In this document: positions 8,753-17,643 of the stretch, one piece after another
Numbering within the stretch: the stretch's first letter is position 1
Layout of the letters: every line of letters starts with the position of its first letter
Origin: a virus
Taxonomy: Duplodnaviria > Caudoviricetes
Length of the DNA: 64,000 nt
Direction: 5' to 3' (one strand)
IMG/VR virus record: IMGVR_UViG_3300011774_000001
Coordinates: 128,001 to 192,000 of that record
Program-made: the position numbers and the translations under genes
Notes under the pieces: model-generated
What the model was told of the DNA's origin: nothing
Seen by the model: only the letters and a program-made list of their open reading frames with translations
Databases searched by the model: none

Positions 8753-9253
8753 ATGTTCAAAACCAGCGCCGAGGGTAGTAGCTACGCATCTACCACGACC
8801 AAGCGCGTGGAAGAAGTTGATAAGGGGTGCTTTGTATTGGAGCACGTCTCTACGGGGAAAGTTATTGTGGGTGTCTCCGAGCATGTCACTGTCGAGGTTA
8901 ATCGCAATCTCGACAGTCTGTACGGTGAAACCCATAGCAACAAACACCTGAACGAGGTCTGTAAGCGAGACCCAGAAGTAAGAGTTCATGTGTACCCTAC
9001 TAAGACTGTCCGGCAAGCTGAGAAGCTGGCTAAGGAAATCAAAGACAGCGTGGAGCCTAAGTATCTTTTTCTAGGGGACAAACCAGAGAGGAAGAAACCA
9101 TGCCCAGCAAAAGTGAAAAGCAAGCCCGCACCATGCGCGGAGCAGCCCACGACAAAGAGTTCGCGGACAAAGTCGGCATCCCCCAAGATGTCGCCCGAGA
9201 ATACGTCGAAGCCGACCGTAAAGAGCGGGACAAAAAAGAAAGCAAGTAAGTGA
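8753..9253 (+). CDS. degenerate GIY-YIG-like protein
   Basis: KGCFVLEHVSTGKVIVGVS...HSNKHL matches the GIY-x10-YIG / HxNxxL layout with substituted catalytic residues. Confidence 0.6.
   Translation: MFKTSAEGSSYASTTTKRVEEVDKGCFVLEHVSTGKVIVGVSEHVTVEVNRNLDSLYGETHSNKHLNEVCKRDPEVRVHVYPTKTVRQAEKLAKEIKDSVEPKYLFLGDKPERKKPCPAKVKSKPAPCAEQPTTKSSRTKSASPKMSPENTSKPTVKSGTKKKASK
9100..9249 (+). CDS. 49-aa small phage protein MPSKSEKQARTMRGAAHDKEFADKVGIPQDVAREYVEADRKERDKKESK, nested in the previous ORF
   Basis: GAGGA SD and ATG at 9100, TAA at 9247-9249; resembles a widespread phage family MPSxSxKQxxxMxxAAHxxxFAxKVGIPQxVAxEF. Confidence 0.75.
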   Translation: MPSKSEKQARTMRGAAHDKEFADKVGIPQDVAREYVEADRKERDKKESK

Positions 9254-9304
9254 CTGGCGCCGGGGCAACCCGGCGTCTTTCTATATGTCGTTATGGAGAA
9301 TACC

Positions 9305-9673
9305 ATGGAATTCACTCGCACTCAGATTGCTGCTGCCCTCAAGGGTATCAACACAGCCATCAATACCAGTGTCCCAGAAAGTCCTGAGACCCAGATCAGC
9401 ACCCAAATCACCGTGGCCCTGCAAGTGGATGACAATCGCGGGAATGATGTTGTTGCCCGTGGTGTGGTTCTTGAAGGTGAGACCATTGATGAGGTCTCCC
9501 AACAGTTGTTGAACAGTGCCTTTGACAAGGCCATCCGCGGCTGCACAGTTATCCATGGTCTGAAAGAGGGCGATGCTCTCAAGAACCAGGCCTTGTACAA
9601 ACGTGTAGTGATGATGGACGAGGCTATCCGTGCTCGTGCTGAATACGTTGCCGAGATGGGGGAGAACCTGTGA
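9305..9673 (+). CDS. hypothetical protein
   Basis: GGAG SD before ATG 9305. Confidence 0.75.
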   Translation: MEFTRTQIAAALKGINTAINTSVPESPETQISTQITVALQVDDNRGNDVVARGVVLEGETIDEVSQQLLNSAFDKAIRGCTVIHGLKEGDALKNQALYKRVVMMDEAIRARAEYVAEMGENL

Positions 9674-10074
9674 AGGAAGCATTTAAAGCAAGTGCAAAGA
9701 ACTTCTTCAACTGGCTCAGCTGGAGAAAGGTTCGTCGGGCCTGCTACTGGCTTCTGTTTGCTTGGGTGCTGTTGTTTGGCCTGAGCAGCTGTACGATGAA
9801 GTGGGTCAAGATGAATGCCATTTCCTCGTACATGAAAACGTTGGACCCACAAGAACTGCGGGACACCGTTAACTGGCGTCGTGCCAACTGGATCAACACC
9901 TGCGTCAACAATGGTGCGGCGGGTGTGTTGGGTGGGGCTACCATTGCAGCCGATGCCATTGAGGCATGTAAGCGCACTGGCTTCGAATTGTTCCCGGAAC
10001 AAGACTGGGCAGCATTGGCCAAAGCCAACCGTAACGAATCGTACGAACAGTTTCTTTGGGATACCCGTCCATGA
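9670..10074 (+). CDS. hypothetical membrane protein / possible lipoprotein
   Basis: GTGA coupling; TM segment ending LSSC. Confidence 0.7.
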   Translation: MKEAFKASAKNFFNWLSWRKVRRACYWLLFAWVLLFGLSSCTMKWVKMNAISSYMKTLDPQELRDTVNWRRANWINTCVNNGAAGVLGGATIAADAIEACKRTGFELFPEQDWAALAKANRNESYEQFLWDTRP

Positions 10075-10397
10075 CGCGCAGTAAGTTTGACCTGACCATC
10101 TGGCATAAGCTGGGTATCTACATCGGGCTGCTGATGATCATTGTGGGTGGGTTGATGTACATCCCCACCTACGTGCACCACAAGTTGGAAGCCGAGAAGC
10201 ATGCCCGTGAACAGGGTAATCCGATCTGGCTGGAAATGGACAACGTCCGCAAGCGCAAAGCTTACTTCGACGAGTGTCGCACCATGCCCAAGTTGCCGGG
10301 CGACATTCCAAACGTTACCTGCCTGGGCGAAGCCAATAACCTTTACCCAGATCGCAACTGGAAACAAGTTGCTGCAGACAATCTGAAGGGGAAGTAA
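10071..10397 (+). CDS. hypothetical membrane protein
   Basis: ATGA coupling; N-terminal TM segment. Confidence 0.7.
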   Translation: MTRSKFDLTIWHKLGIYIGLLMIIVGGLMYIPTYVHHKLEAEKHAREQGNPIWLEMDNVRKRKAYFDECRTMPKLPGDIPNVTCLGEANNLYPDRNWKQVAADNLKGK

Positions 10398-12008
10398 ATG
10401 TACTACCAGATCAAGAATACTGGTGTTCCACAGTTCAGCGCTTTCCGGGTTACTCGTGCTAACTTCACCGGCGAGGCTTTCGACAATGCTCCGTTCGAAG
10501 GAGATACCGGTCACAACTGGCTGGAAATCGCGATGCGCGATGGCGTGGTATCGTTGGTGCCTAGTGGTGAAACCACGTACGCGGTGTGGGGTGTGCGCAC
10601 GCCTGATGGCGAGATTATGTTGGCGTCTCCGGGCGACTACATTATTCAAACCATGGATACCTACGCCATTCACGTCTGCCCAGGTCCTCTCTGGGAACTT
10701 CTCGCCGAACTCGTACCGGAAAGAGAGGCGGAACCGCTCCCTACACCTGAAGAAGTGGAACAGGCGGTGATCGATGCCCAAGGTCGTGTTGAGCGCGCTT
10801 ACGAAGTTCTGGAGGATGTTCGTCGCAAGGTTCTCTACGGTAACAACGTGAACTGGGGTGAGTTGGTCGAACAGTTCAAGCGGGATGTTGAAGCGGTCTT
10901 GGGTGAGCATGTGCCTGAAGATTTCGAAGACCTCAAGGCCAATCTCAAGATGTGTTCTGACGGGCACGCTGGCATTCACCCAATGGACCCAAGCAAGATC
11001 AACATGCGTCACCTGGCGATGGGTACCCATCGACTGGCCTACAACTGGATCGACGGTGCGGGCGCTGCAGTCATGCAGCAACAACTAGCCTTCGCCAAGA
11101 ATGTATTCGGCGAGCAGAAGCCCGATGGTTGGGAGAACACCGAGAAGCACATCGACGAATGTGCCGAGCGTGAAGATTTTGTAGCAGGTGTTCCCAGACA
11201 AGATCTTCAAAAGACCAAGATCGCTCGCAAGGCTCAGGGTACCAGAGACTACTGCGTGGCCATGTACCACAATGGGGGAGATCTTTCTCCAGCTCAGTGG
11301 GAGAAGGTTCGCTGGTCCATGGCTTGGGCCAAAATGATTCTCGGTGACCCGGTCAGTGAAAGCGATGATCCGATCTACGATGAGTTGGCCAAGCGCGCGC
11401 AATATGGTGAGCACAGGCCACGGGAAGCTGCTGCTGAGAACTTCTTCCCAACCATCACAGCGGAGCCAGCGCAGGAAGTTCCACCGGGCGCAGGCTTTGC
11501 CGCATTGAAAGGTGCGGTAGATCAGCGTGAAGCTGACGATGACCTGGCCTTCCAGATGAACGAATACTGCGACCAAGCCCATCGGATGTTCGAGCGTCTG
11601 AAAACAGGTGAGCAGTTCGACTGGAAAGGTTTCCATGCTGTGGGGTTGGAGATTGCTGACCCAGAAAAGTTGGATCAGAGCCTGGTGTTCTGCAAGGTTG
11701 TGTTCATTGCGGAAGTGTTGTCTCACCAGCAGAATGTAACCCATACCGACTACTTGGTGGCGGAGACTCAGGCAGGCATTGTCCGGCGTCAGCGCGAAGA
11801 CAAGTACAAGGCATTGGAGTACGTCAACACTGCTCGGATGTGGATCTTTGAAACTGCATCTACCGAAGAGCGTGACTGGTGGGACATGGAAAAGAAACTG
11901 ATCTGGGCCAAGGTCATTCTGGCGATTCATGAAGAAACGCCTGAAGACTTCGACCGCATCGTCAAAGCCGTATCTCACATGATCGGCTCTCATCCTCTGG
12001 GTGAGTAA
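10398..12008 (+). CDS. hypothetical multidomain protein with N-terminal PGDYII motif and internally repeated helical modules
   Basis: 536 aa ORF; WAKMILG / WAKVILA repeat. Confidence 0.8.
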   Translation: MYYQIKNTGVPQFSAFRVTRANFTGEAFDNAPFEGDTGHNWLEIAMRDGVVSLVPSGETTYAVWGVRTPDGEIMLASPGDYIIQTMDTYAIHVCPGPLWELLAELVPEREAEPLPTPEEVEQAVIDAQGRVERAYEVLEDVRRKVLYGNNVNWGELVEQFKRDVEAVLGEHVPEDFEDLKANLKMCSDGHAGIHPMDPSKINMRHLAMGTHRLAYNWIDGAGAAVMQQQLAFAKNVFGEQKPDGWENTEKHIDECAEREDFVAGVPRQDLQKTKIARKAQGTRDYCVAMYHNGGDLSPAQWEKVRWSMAWAKMILGDPVSESDDPIYDELAKRAQYGEHRPREAAAENFFPTITAEPAQEVPPGAGFAALKGAVDQREADDDLAFQMNEYCDQAHRMFERLKTGEQFDWKGFHAVGLEIADPEKLDQSLVFCKVVFIAEVLSHQQNVTHTDYLVAETQAGIVRRQREDKYKALEYVNTARMWIFETASTEERDWWDMEKKLIWAKVILAIHEETPEDFDRIVKAVSHMIGSHPLGE

Positions 12009-12010
12009 CA

Positions 12011-12050
12011 GCATAACTCCCGCCCTCGAAAGGGGCGGGAGCCTATGTCG
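12011..12050. terminator. hairpin terminator, probably bidirectional
   Basis: GCATAA-CTCCCGCCC-TCGAAAG-GGGCGGGAG-CCTATGTCG. Confidence 0.75.
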
Positions 12051-12100
12051 TCATCTATTAATTTTTGGCCTAATGGTAAAGCCAATTTGGAAAATGTGCC

Positions 12101-12982
12101 ATGAACATTGTCGCTTTGAAAGCAGCCAGGAACGATCTGGTTGCCAATGTGTTTGCTAAGATCTTGGGCGATTGGTCTGAGATCCCTGGTCTGCGTACCT
12201 GGAAGACTAACTTGGAAGTGGCCTATCACCACACCAAGCGGATGGGTACCACTATCGGGTTGTTCAGCAACCTGCCTGGTAAGTTGGGGCGTGAGAACTT
12301 TGAACAGCCGTTCTTTCAAGTACAGGCTGAGAAGCTCCCATTCAAGCTTACAAACGTCGAAGGGTGGAAGGTCAACTTCGGTCTTAACGAATACCTAAAA
12401 GAGCGCTACAGCGAATGTGCGGCGTTGCTGGTACCGTTCCTGACGTACGCAACCGTGCTTTACCACAATCGACAGAATCAACTGTGGAGCGTGGAAGTAG
12501 GCAACTGGCGTAAGGGTGAGCCACTTGTGGTAAACTTTGCCAGTGGCAAGAGTCTGGTCAAGTTGGCGTTGTACGGTCACGTGCTCATGCGCGATGTAGA
12601 TCTGATTGACCTCTACACGGTCAAGCCTACCACTCTGTCATTGCCAGACGTAACCCAGGCCCAAACGTCGGTGATGGATACTTATTCCGATGAGCGTATC
12701 ATTCACGAGTTGATGGCCAATCGTCAGGGTAAGCCCATTTTCTTTGGTGGGCAGGATCGGGTGGTTGGGACATACGACAATGTCCGACTCACTCAGGACG
12801 GCATTACCCTGGACGCTGCGCTGATCGACCCGAACGAATGGTCCAGCGGTGGTATGCATGTGGCGGTTATTCCTCGTCAGCGTCATGATACGAAACGCAG
12901 CGGACGAAAGTACACCAAGCGTTACATAACCCCACACACTGAACTTGAGGTCAGACTTCTGGCCACCAATAAAAAGGAATAG
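12101..12982 (+). CDS. hypothetical protein
   Basis: 293 aa ORF. Confidence 0.75.
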   Translation: MNIVALKAARNDLVANVFAKILGDWSEIPGLRTWKTNLEVAYHHTKRMGTTIGLFSNLPGKLGRENFEQPFFQVQAEKLPFKLTNVEGWKVNFGLNEYLKERYSECAALLVPFLTYATVLYHNRQNQLWSVEVGNWRKGEPLVVNFASGKSLVKLALYGHVLMRDVDLIDLYTVKPTTLSLPDVTQAQTSVMDTYSDERIIHELMANRQGKPIFFGGQDRVVGTYDNVRLTQDGITLDAALIDPNEWSSGGMHVAVIPRQRHDTKRSGRKYTKRYITPHTELEVRLLATNKKE

Positions 12983-12984
12983 CC

Positions 12985-13491
12985 ATGCTGTACATCTACG
13001 GGGAAGCACACTTTCAACCCGAATCGGTCAAATTCATTCGAGACGAGATCGAACGTATCCGCCCTCACGTTTTGATTCACGAGTTGGTTAACGATGCTGT
13101 GCTGTCCGTCCGGGATGTCAAGGCACAGTTGTCCCACTGCGATGGCAAGGACTGGTGTGACCCAGATGTCAACATCGACATCTTCCAGTTGGCTGCCAAG
13201 CTGAAGATCCCTCTCATGGGGTGTGACCTGTCCAAGGCACAGCTGCAACTGAATAAGGCCTACCCATTGGCCGAGCAATTCGCCCTGCGCGAGAAACGCA
13301 TGCTGGAGGTCTTGCGCGTGGTACCTAACTCTCGGTTCGCCCGAGTTGTTTGTGTGGTGGGTGACATTCACCTGCGCACTAAGCCCAACAAAGACTTGGG
13401 TGAGGCATCTGTACTCGCCCAGGCTATCAAAAATAAATCCCTCAAGGCAGACGTTGTCCGCTGCCCAGAGCAATGGAGAGAAGCAGAATGA
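12985..13491 (+). CDS. TraB/ChaN/TIKI-superfamily-like protein
   Basis: IYGEAH, LIHE, REKRM and VCVVGDIH motif layout. Confidence 0.55.
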   Translation: MLYIYGEAHFQPESVKFIRDEIERIRPHVLIHELVNDAVLSVRDVKAQLSHCDGKDWCDPDVNIDIFQLAAKLKIPLMGCDLSKAQLQLNKAYPLAEQFALREKRMLEVLRVVPNSRFARVVCVVGDIHLRTKPNKDLGEASVLAQAIKNKSLKADVVRCPEQWREAE

Positions 13492-13943
13492 AAAAGCGAT
13501 TCCCTGTTCACATCCCTAACTACCTGAGCATCAAAAGTCCTCAGTGGATCTTTGACGAAATGGTCAAGGGCAACCACATTCATCTCTGCAAGATTGGCCT
13601 GTACCTTGGTGATGAACCATTCTTGTCTTCCGCCAAAGATCTGGAACCGAAGGCAGTTGATCTGGATACCCCGGTGCCTAGCACCTCTGCTCTGTCTCAT
13701 CGCCTGCGAGTTGTGGCAGAGATCAAGGACTTCGCTTTGGAAGGCGACAAGATCTACATCGACGTAGAAACCATCGAAGGCTTCTCCGTGGAAAGCCCTA
13801 ACTGGGAAGCTGCGTGCAACTATACCCCATTGGGTGCCGACCCAGGGAATTACCGCATGCACATCGTTCTCAAGAACATCGGTGGGGACGATCTGTACGC
13901 ATTGTCTCCAACGATGATCGAGGTGGCAGATGTCGCTCCTTAA
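13488..13943 (+). CDS. hypothetical protein
   Basis: ATGA coupling, GGAG SD. Confidence 0.7.
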   Translation: MKKRFPVHIPNYLSIKSPQWIFDEMVKGNHIHLCKIGLYLGDEPFLSSAKDLEPKAVDLDTPVPSTSALSHRLRVVAEIKDFALEGDKIYIDVETIEGFSVESPNWEAACNYTPLGADPGNYRMHIVLKNIGGDDLYALSPTMIEVADVAP

Positions 13944-14226
13944 GTGGTGGGCTAAGCGTCGTCTGCGAAAGCATGCGACGTACATCCGCTGGCTACGCAT
14001 TCAAGTGCTGGCCAAAGAAGTCATGCAAGAAGGTATTGCCATAGACGACCGGTACAAGGTTCGTTGTGGCTGGTGTAACTGCGAGGAGTGTGCCTGCGAC
14101 ATGGGGCGCAATCGCCGGCTCAAAGCAGTTCGCGGTGATCTACAGGCGATTCATACCGAATACCATCTCACCCTTAAAAACGGTGTGGGTGTCATTGATG
14201 ACCTGGAGGCAAGGCTAAATGATTAG
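13930..14226 (+). CDS. small Cys-cluster protein
   Basis: GAGGT SD; CGWCNCEECAC. Confidence 0.7.
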   Translation: MSLLKWWAKRRLRKHATYIRWLRIQVLAKEVMQEGIAIDDRYKVRCGWCNCEECACDMGRNRRLKAVRGDLQAIHTEYHLTLKNGVGVIDDLEARLND

Positions 14227-14488
14227 TAGACTGATCCATCGCTGGCGTGTGGGGCGGATGCTAAAACAACTGGACCGTGAGCATGTTGCTGAACGGGCTC
14301 GGTTCCTGGAGAAGATCAAGAAGGAAGGGTTTACTCTTCTGGACGATTCTCAGGTGGTCTGTGATCACTGTGGGGCAAACTGTGGGCAGTGTGGCATTGG
14401 GGTGCGTGCGCACCGATTGACGCAGCAATACGACGTGCTCAATGCCGCACATCAACTTACGCGTGAATCCTTCTTACGGAATGTCTGA
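14219..14488 (+). CDS. small Cys-cluster protein, paralogue of previous gene
   Basis: CDHCGANCGQC in an equivalent position. Confidence 0.7.
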   Translation: MISRLIHRWRVGRMLKQLDREHVAERARFLEKIKKEGFTLLDDSQVVCDHCGANCGQCGIGVRAHRLTQQYDVLNAAHQLTRESFLRNV

Positions 14489-15072
14489 TGGCTAAGACTT
14501 ACGCTGGAGTGGGGTCAAGGGATACCCCGCAGGACATTCTGGACATCATGTACCGAATGGCCAAAGTGTTGTGTGACCTTGGATGGATAGGTAACTCCGG
14601 CGAAGCCCCTGGTGCGGATTGGTATTTCCATCAGGGGGCCAAAGCCAGTAGTAACTACGGTCCGGGGGCGTTCAATGCAATCATCCCTTGGAACGGCTTC
14701 AAATCGCAGAACGAAGTCAAGGTGTATCAACACGAGGGCAACAACATTTACGTCATGCCGCGCAGACGCAGTAAGCGGGCGGAGATGTTGGGGATTGGGG
14801 CAAGGGGTACATACGCCGGTCTGAACACACCGGGCAAGATTGCACTGCATTCCCGCAATGCGATGCAGGTCTTGGGCATGGATCTGATGAGCCCTGTCAA
14901 GTTCCTGATCTGCTGGGCACAGCCTGTGGGCAAACAGGGCAAGGTGAAGGGTGGTACCAACACAGCAGTAGCGTTGGCACTGCACTTCGGTATCGACGTA
15001 ATTAACTTGGCGACTCCGAACGGATTGAACAGGGCAATGACATTCCTGGAGGAGTATGAGGAGGCAGCATGA
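14488..15072 (+). CDS. DprA/Smf-like (SLOG) phage protein
   Basis: YAGVGSR, SGEAPGAD, HSRNAMQVLG, GGTNTAV. Confidence 0.85.
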   Translation: MAKTYAGVGSRDTPQDILDIMYRMAKVLCDLGWIGNSGEAPGADWYFHQGAKASSNYGPGAFNAIIPWNGFKSQNEVKVYQHEGNNIYVMPRRRSKRAEMLGIGARGTYAGLNTPGKIALHSRNAMQVLGMDLMSPVKFLICWAQPVGKQGKVKGGTNTAVALALHFGIDVINLATPNGLNRAMTFLEEYEEAA

Positions 15073-15158
15073 GTGGTCATAAACCAGAGCCGTGTACGCC
15101 ACCCTATCATCCACCGCCACCAGATCCAGAGCCGGTTCCGGCGGATAAGGGGAAGTAA
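15069..15158 (+). CDS. 29-aa proline-rich peptide MSGHKPEPCTPPYHPPPPDPEPVPADKGK
   Basis: GAGGAGG SD; ATGA overlap upstream; its stop directly abuts the next ATG. Confidence 0.55.
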   Translation: MSGHKPEPCTPPYHPPPPDPEPVPADKGK

Positions 15159-15506
15159 ATGGCAAAGAAAAGAAACAGTGAGCAGGTCATCCCGCGTAGT
15201 GTAATCATTGAGTACGACGAAGATGACCTGCCATCGGAGGCCAAAGTTGCGGAATTCGTAATGGACGGCATCCACCAGTTTGAATGGGAGGGTGACTTGA
15301 AAGACCCCTACATTCGGGCAAAAAAGGTTGTTGGCTATCTGCGTGACTTCCTGTGGGGCGATGGTTACTTACACGCATCTGTCGTTCCCCGCGACGGAGA
15401 TAAGACTCTGCCAGAGGGTTGGCGGTCTACTCACGAATTCAAAGCGATGACGAGTCCAAGTGGACGAATCATTAAACTCGTTCTTATGCCACGAGAGGTG
15501 GAGTAG
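15159..15506 (+). CDS. hypothetical protein
   Basis: ORF in operon. Confidence 0.7.
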   Translation: MAKKRNSEQVIPRSVIIEYDEDDLPSEAKVAEFVMDGIHQFEWEGDLKDPYIRAKKVVGYLRDFLWGDGYLHASVVPRDGDKTLPEGWRSTHEFKAMTSPSGRIIKLVLMPREVE

Positions 15507-15508
15507 CT

Positions 15509-15736
15509 ATGGCTAACGAAGCGTGGCGGGAGTGGTGTAAGGGTTGTCGGCACATCAACGACCAGACACCCTCGCAGCACTGTTACATGTTTCGCGATCA
15601 ACCAGAACACACCTGTGCACAAAACACGGTGACTATGGAACAGGCTAAAAAGGACGGCAAGGTCCTTAGCCTTCATCAGGTGTCCGAGTTGGACATCGCA
15701 GAATGCGTTGGGAGAAATAACAATGAATTCCAGTAA
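15509..15736 (+). CDS. small Cys-containing hypothetical protein
   Basis: GGAG SD; CxxC...C...C. Confidence 0.6.
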   Translation: MANEAWREWCKGCRHINDQTPSQHCYMFRDQPEHTCAQNTVTMEQAKKDGKVLSLHQVSELDIAECVGRNNNEFQ

Positions 15737-16538
15737 CAACGTCGACAACATTCGCATCATTGAACCAGACAAGGATGGCTACTTCTCTTTGACCGACGCC
15801 AGTGTCTGCGAAGTCGGTAACGGCGATTTTGTCTTCTTGGGTTATCGCCTCATGCATCTGAACTACGACAGCCCGTGGAGTAAGAAGACCTACGTCGCCA
15901 ACCGCATTTCAATTCAAGCGGCCTACGACTGGTGCAAGAAGGGTGCTGACGGCGTCTATTACGGCGAGTTCAATCATCCGAAGCTGTATGACGAGGCTGC
16001 TTACCCTACCCAGTCGGCCAGATACGAGCGCCTGCAGGAAATCTCGGCTGCCGATGCGGTGGTTCGTTTCGACGACACCTTCGTACTGTTTGAACACCGT
16101 GGGGAACTTATTCTCCCAGGTCCATGGGTGATGGGGTCGTTCACATTACTGTCGAAGAGCCTGAATGGCAAATACCTGATCGACTACCTTAAAGGTGGTG
16201 GGCGCTTCCGGCTGGCGCTGCGCAGTCTGACCAACAATGGGGATTGGGGAAGTAACGATCGAACCATTGGCCAGATGATCACCTTCGATGTTATCACCGA
16301 GGAGATGGATCAGGCCAGTGAAGCCGCTGAGGCCCAGCGCCGTAAAGAGCGTGAGGAGGAACGGCTGGCGCAGAACAAGCGCGATGCGGAAGACCCCTCC
16401 CTGAATGCTCCGTTGGAGTCTCCTGAGAAACCTGTGGTCAGCGACAAGGTCAAAGCCTTGATTAGTCGTACACTGCCTTCTGGTTACGACGAGATAGCCG
16501 AGCCACAACAGTTCCTCGAAAAGCGCGACGGCGAATAA
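15723..16538 (+). CDS. prohead protease-like (T4 gp21 / phiKZ gp175 family) paralogue, probably inactive
   Basis: YGEFNHP, LALRS (family form FSIRS), ITFDVI. Confidence 0.55.
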   Translation: MNSSNNVDNIRIIEPDKDGYFSLTDASVCEVGNGDFVFLGYRLMHLNYDSPWSKKTYVANRISIQAAYDWCKKGADGVYYGEFNHPKLYDEAAYPTQSARYERLQEISAADAVVRFDDTFVLFEHRGELILPGPWVMGSFTLLSKSLNGKYLIDYLKGGGRFRLALRSLTNNGDWGSNDRTIGQMITFDVITEEMDQASEAAEAQRRKEREEERLAQNKRDAEDPSLNAPLESPEKPVVSDKVKALISRTLPSGYDEIAEPQQFLEKRDGE

Positions 16539-16547
16539 CTCAAACTC

Positions 16548-16568
16548 AAACCTAGATCATTGAATTGA
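16548..16568 (+). promoter_or_regulatory. phage promoter motif, copy 3
   Basis: AAACCTAGATCATTGAATTGA. Confidence 0.7.
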
Positions 16569-16612
16569 GGGCTGTACAAAGTCCTCTTTCATTCATGTAA
16601 AGGAATTTATCC

Positions 16613-17641
16613 GTGTCTGAACTTAACAAAGCTGGACCAGAAACCCCGCTCGGTATCATTGCGTCCGTGTTGACCGTACCGCGTGCCGAACTGGATCGTC
16701 TGGGTTTCGAGGGCAAAGACCCTCGTGAGATTCAGGATGAGCTGTTGGCTGCAGAAAAGCACATCGAACAGATGGTACTGCGCAAACATCTGCCCGATGT
16801 GTTGCTACCTGGAGATCTGGTTCGTCTGATTCAAGACAGTCCAGAATCTCAGTACGTGCTCGTCCATCGGCCAAAGCCAAAGCCTGAAACCGTACGCCAA
16901 CTGACCATCGTGCAGGCGGTCAACGCATTGATGCGTGCGACTGGCAACATCAATCACTTCAGCAAAGAACAGGCTGATGTTGATCACCTGCAAAAGACTT
17001 TGCGTGAAGTCTCAGCGTTCTGGCCTGGCTATGGCTCTGTGATGGCCGAATCGCGCATCAACCTATTGCTGGCTGGTCAGGTGATCAAGGATTACTTCCC
17101 GAACATCGTGACTGGCTTCCCTGGCCTAGGGCAGCGTGCAACCGACCTTATCAAGCGCATGCTGGTACAGCTCGACGGTGTTGATTCCAACGGTGATATC
17201 CCAGAGCGTGTGCGTGGTACCTATACCACTCAGACCTTCTGGCTGGAAGTCATTCGCAAGGCTGAAGAAGCTCAGGCGCTGTGGCACGAGATGTACAACA
17301 TCGAAGTTGAGCGCAAGAAGAACCCAGGCAAGGTTCGGGTCGGCAAGCAGTGGATGGAATACGGCTCAGTGTTCCTCGACGGTAACCAAACCGAGATGGT
17401 GGTGATCAACCATCAGACCCTGCCGAAGCAAACACTGGAACTCAAGGCGCAGGGTTTCGAAAACACACTGGCGCAAATGCCGCGCGAGTTTGCTCAGCCT
17501 GCGATTGACGTGGTCAACTCGTTGGGCGGCAACATGTTTGCAGCAGTGTGCCGCGCTGGCATGGCCCGCATTGCGCATGAAGTGTCTGTCTGTCAAGAGG
17601 CCTTTGAAAAGTCTCAAGCCAAAGAAACTCAATCGGAGTAA
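16613..17641 (+). CDS. hypothetical protein
   Basis: 342 aa; AAGGA SD with GTG start. Confidence 0.8.
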   Translation: MSELNKAGPETPLGIIASVLTVPRAELDRLGFEGKDPREIQDELLAAEKHIEQMVLRKHLPDVLLPGDLVRLIQDSPESQYVLVHRPKPKPETVRQLTIVQAVNALMRATGNINHFSKEQADVDHLQKTLREVSAFWPGYGSVMAESRINLLLAGQVIKDYFPNIVTGFPGLGQRATDLIKRMLVQLDGVDSNGDIPERVRGTYTTQTFWLEVIRKAEEAQALWHEMYNIEVERKKNPGKVRVGKQWMEYGSVFLDGNQTEMVVINHQTLPKQTLELKAQGFENTLAQMPREFAQPAIDVVNSLGGNMFAAVCRAGMARIAHEVSVCQEAFEKSQAKETQSE

Positions 17642-17643
17642 TC

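Noticed and set aside
10385-10400. GGGGAAG-TAA gene ends (also 15149-15158) as frameshift sites
   Set aside because: Not an XXXYYYZ heptamer; explained as the SD of the gene that starts immediately after.
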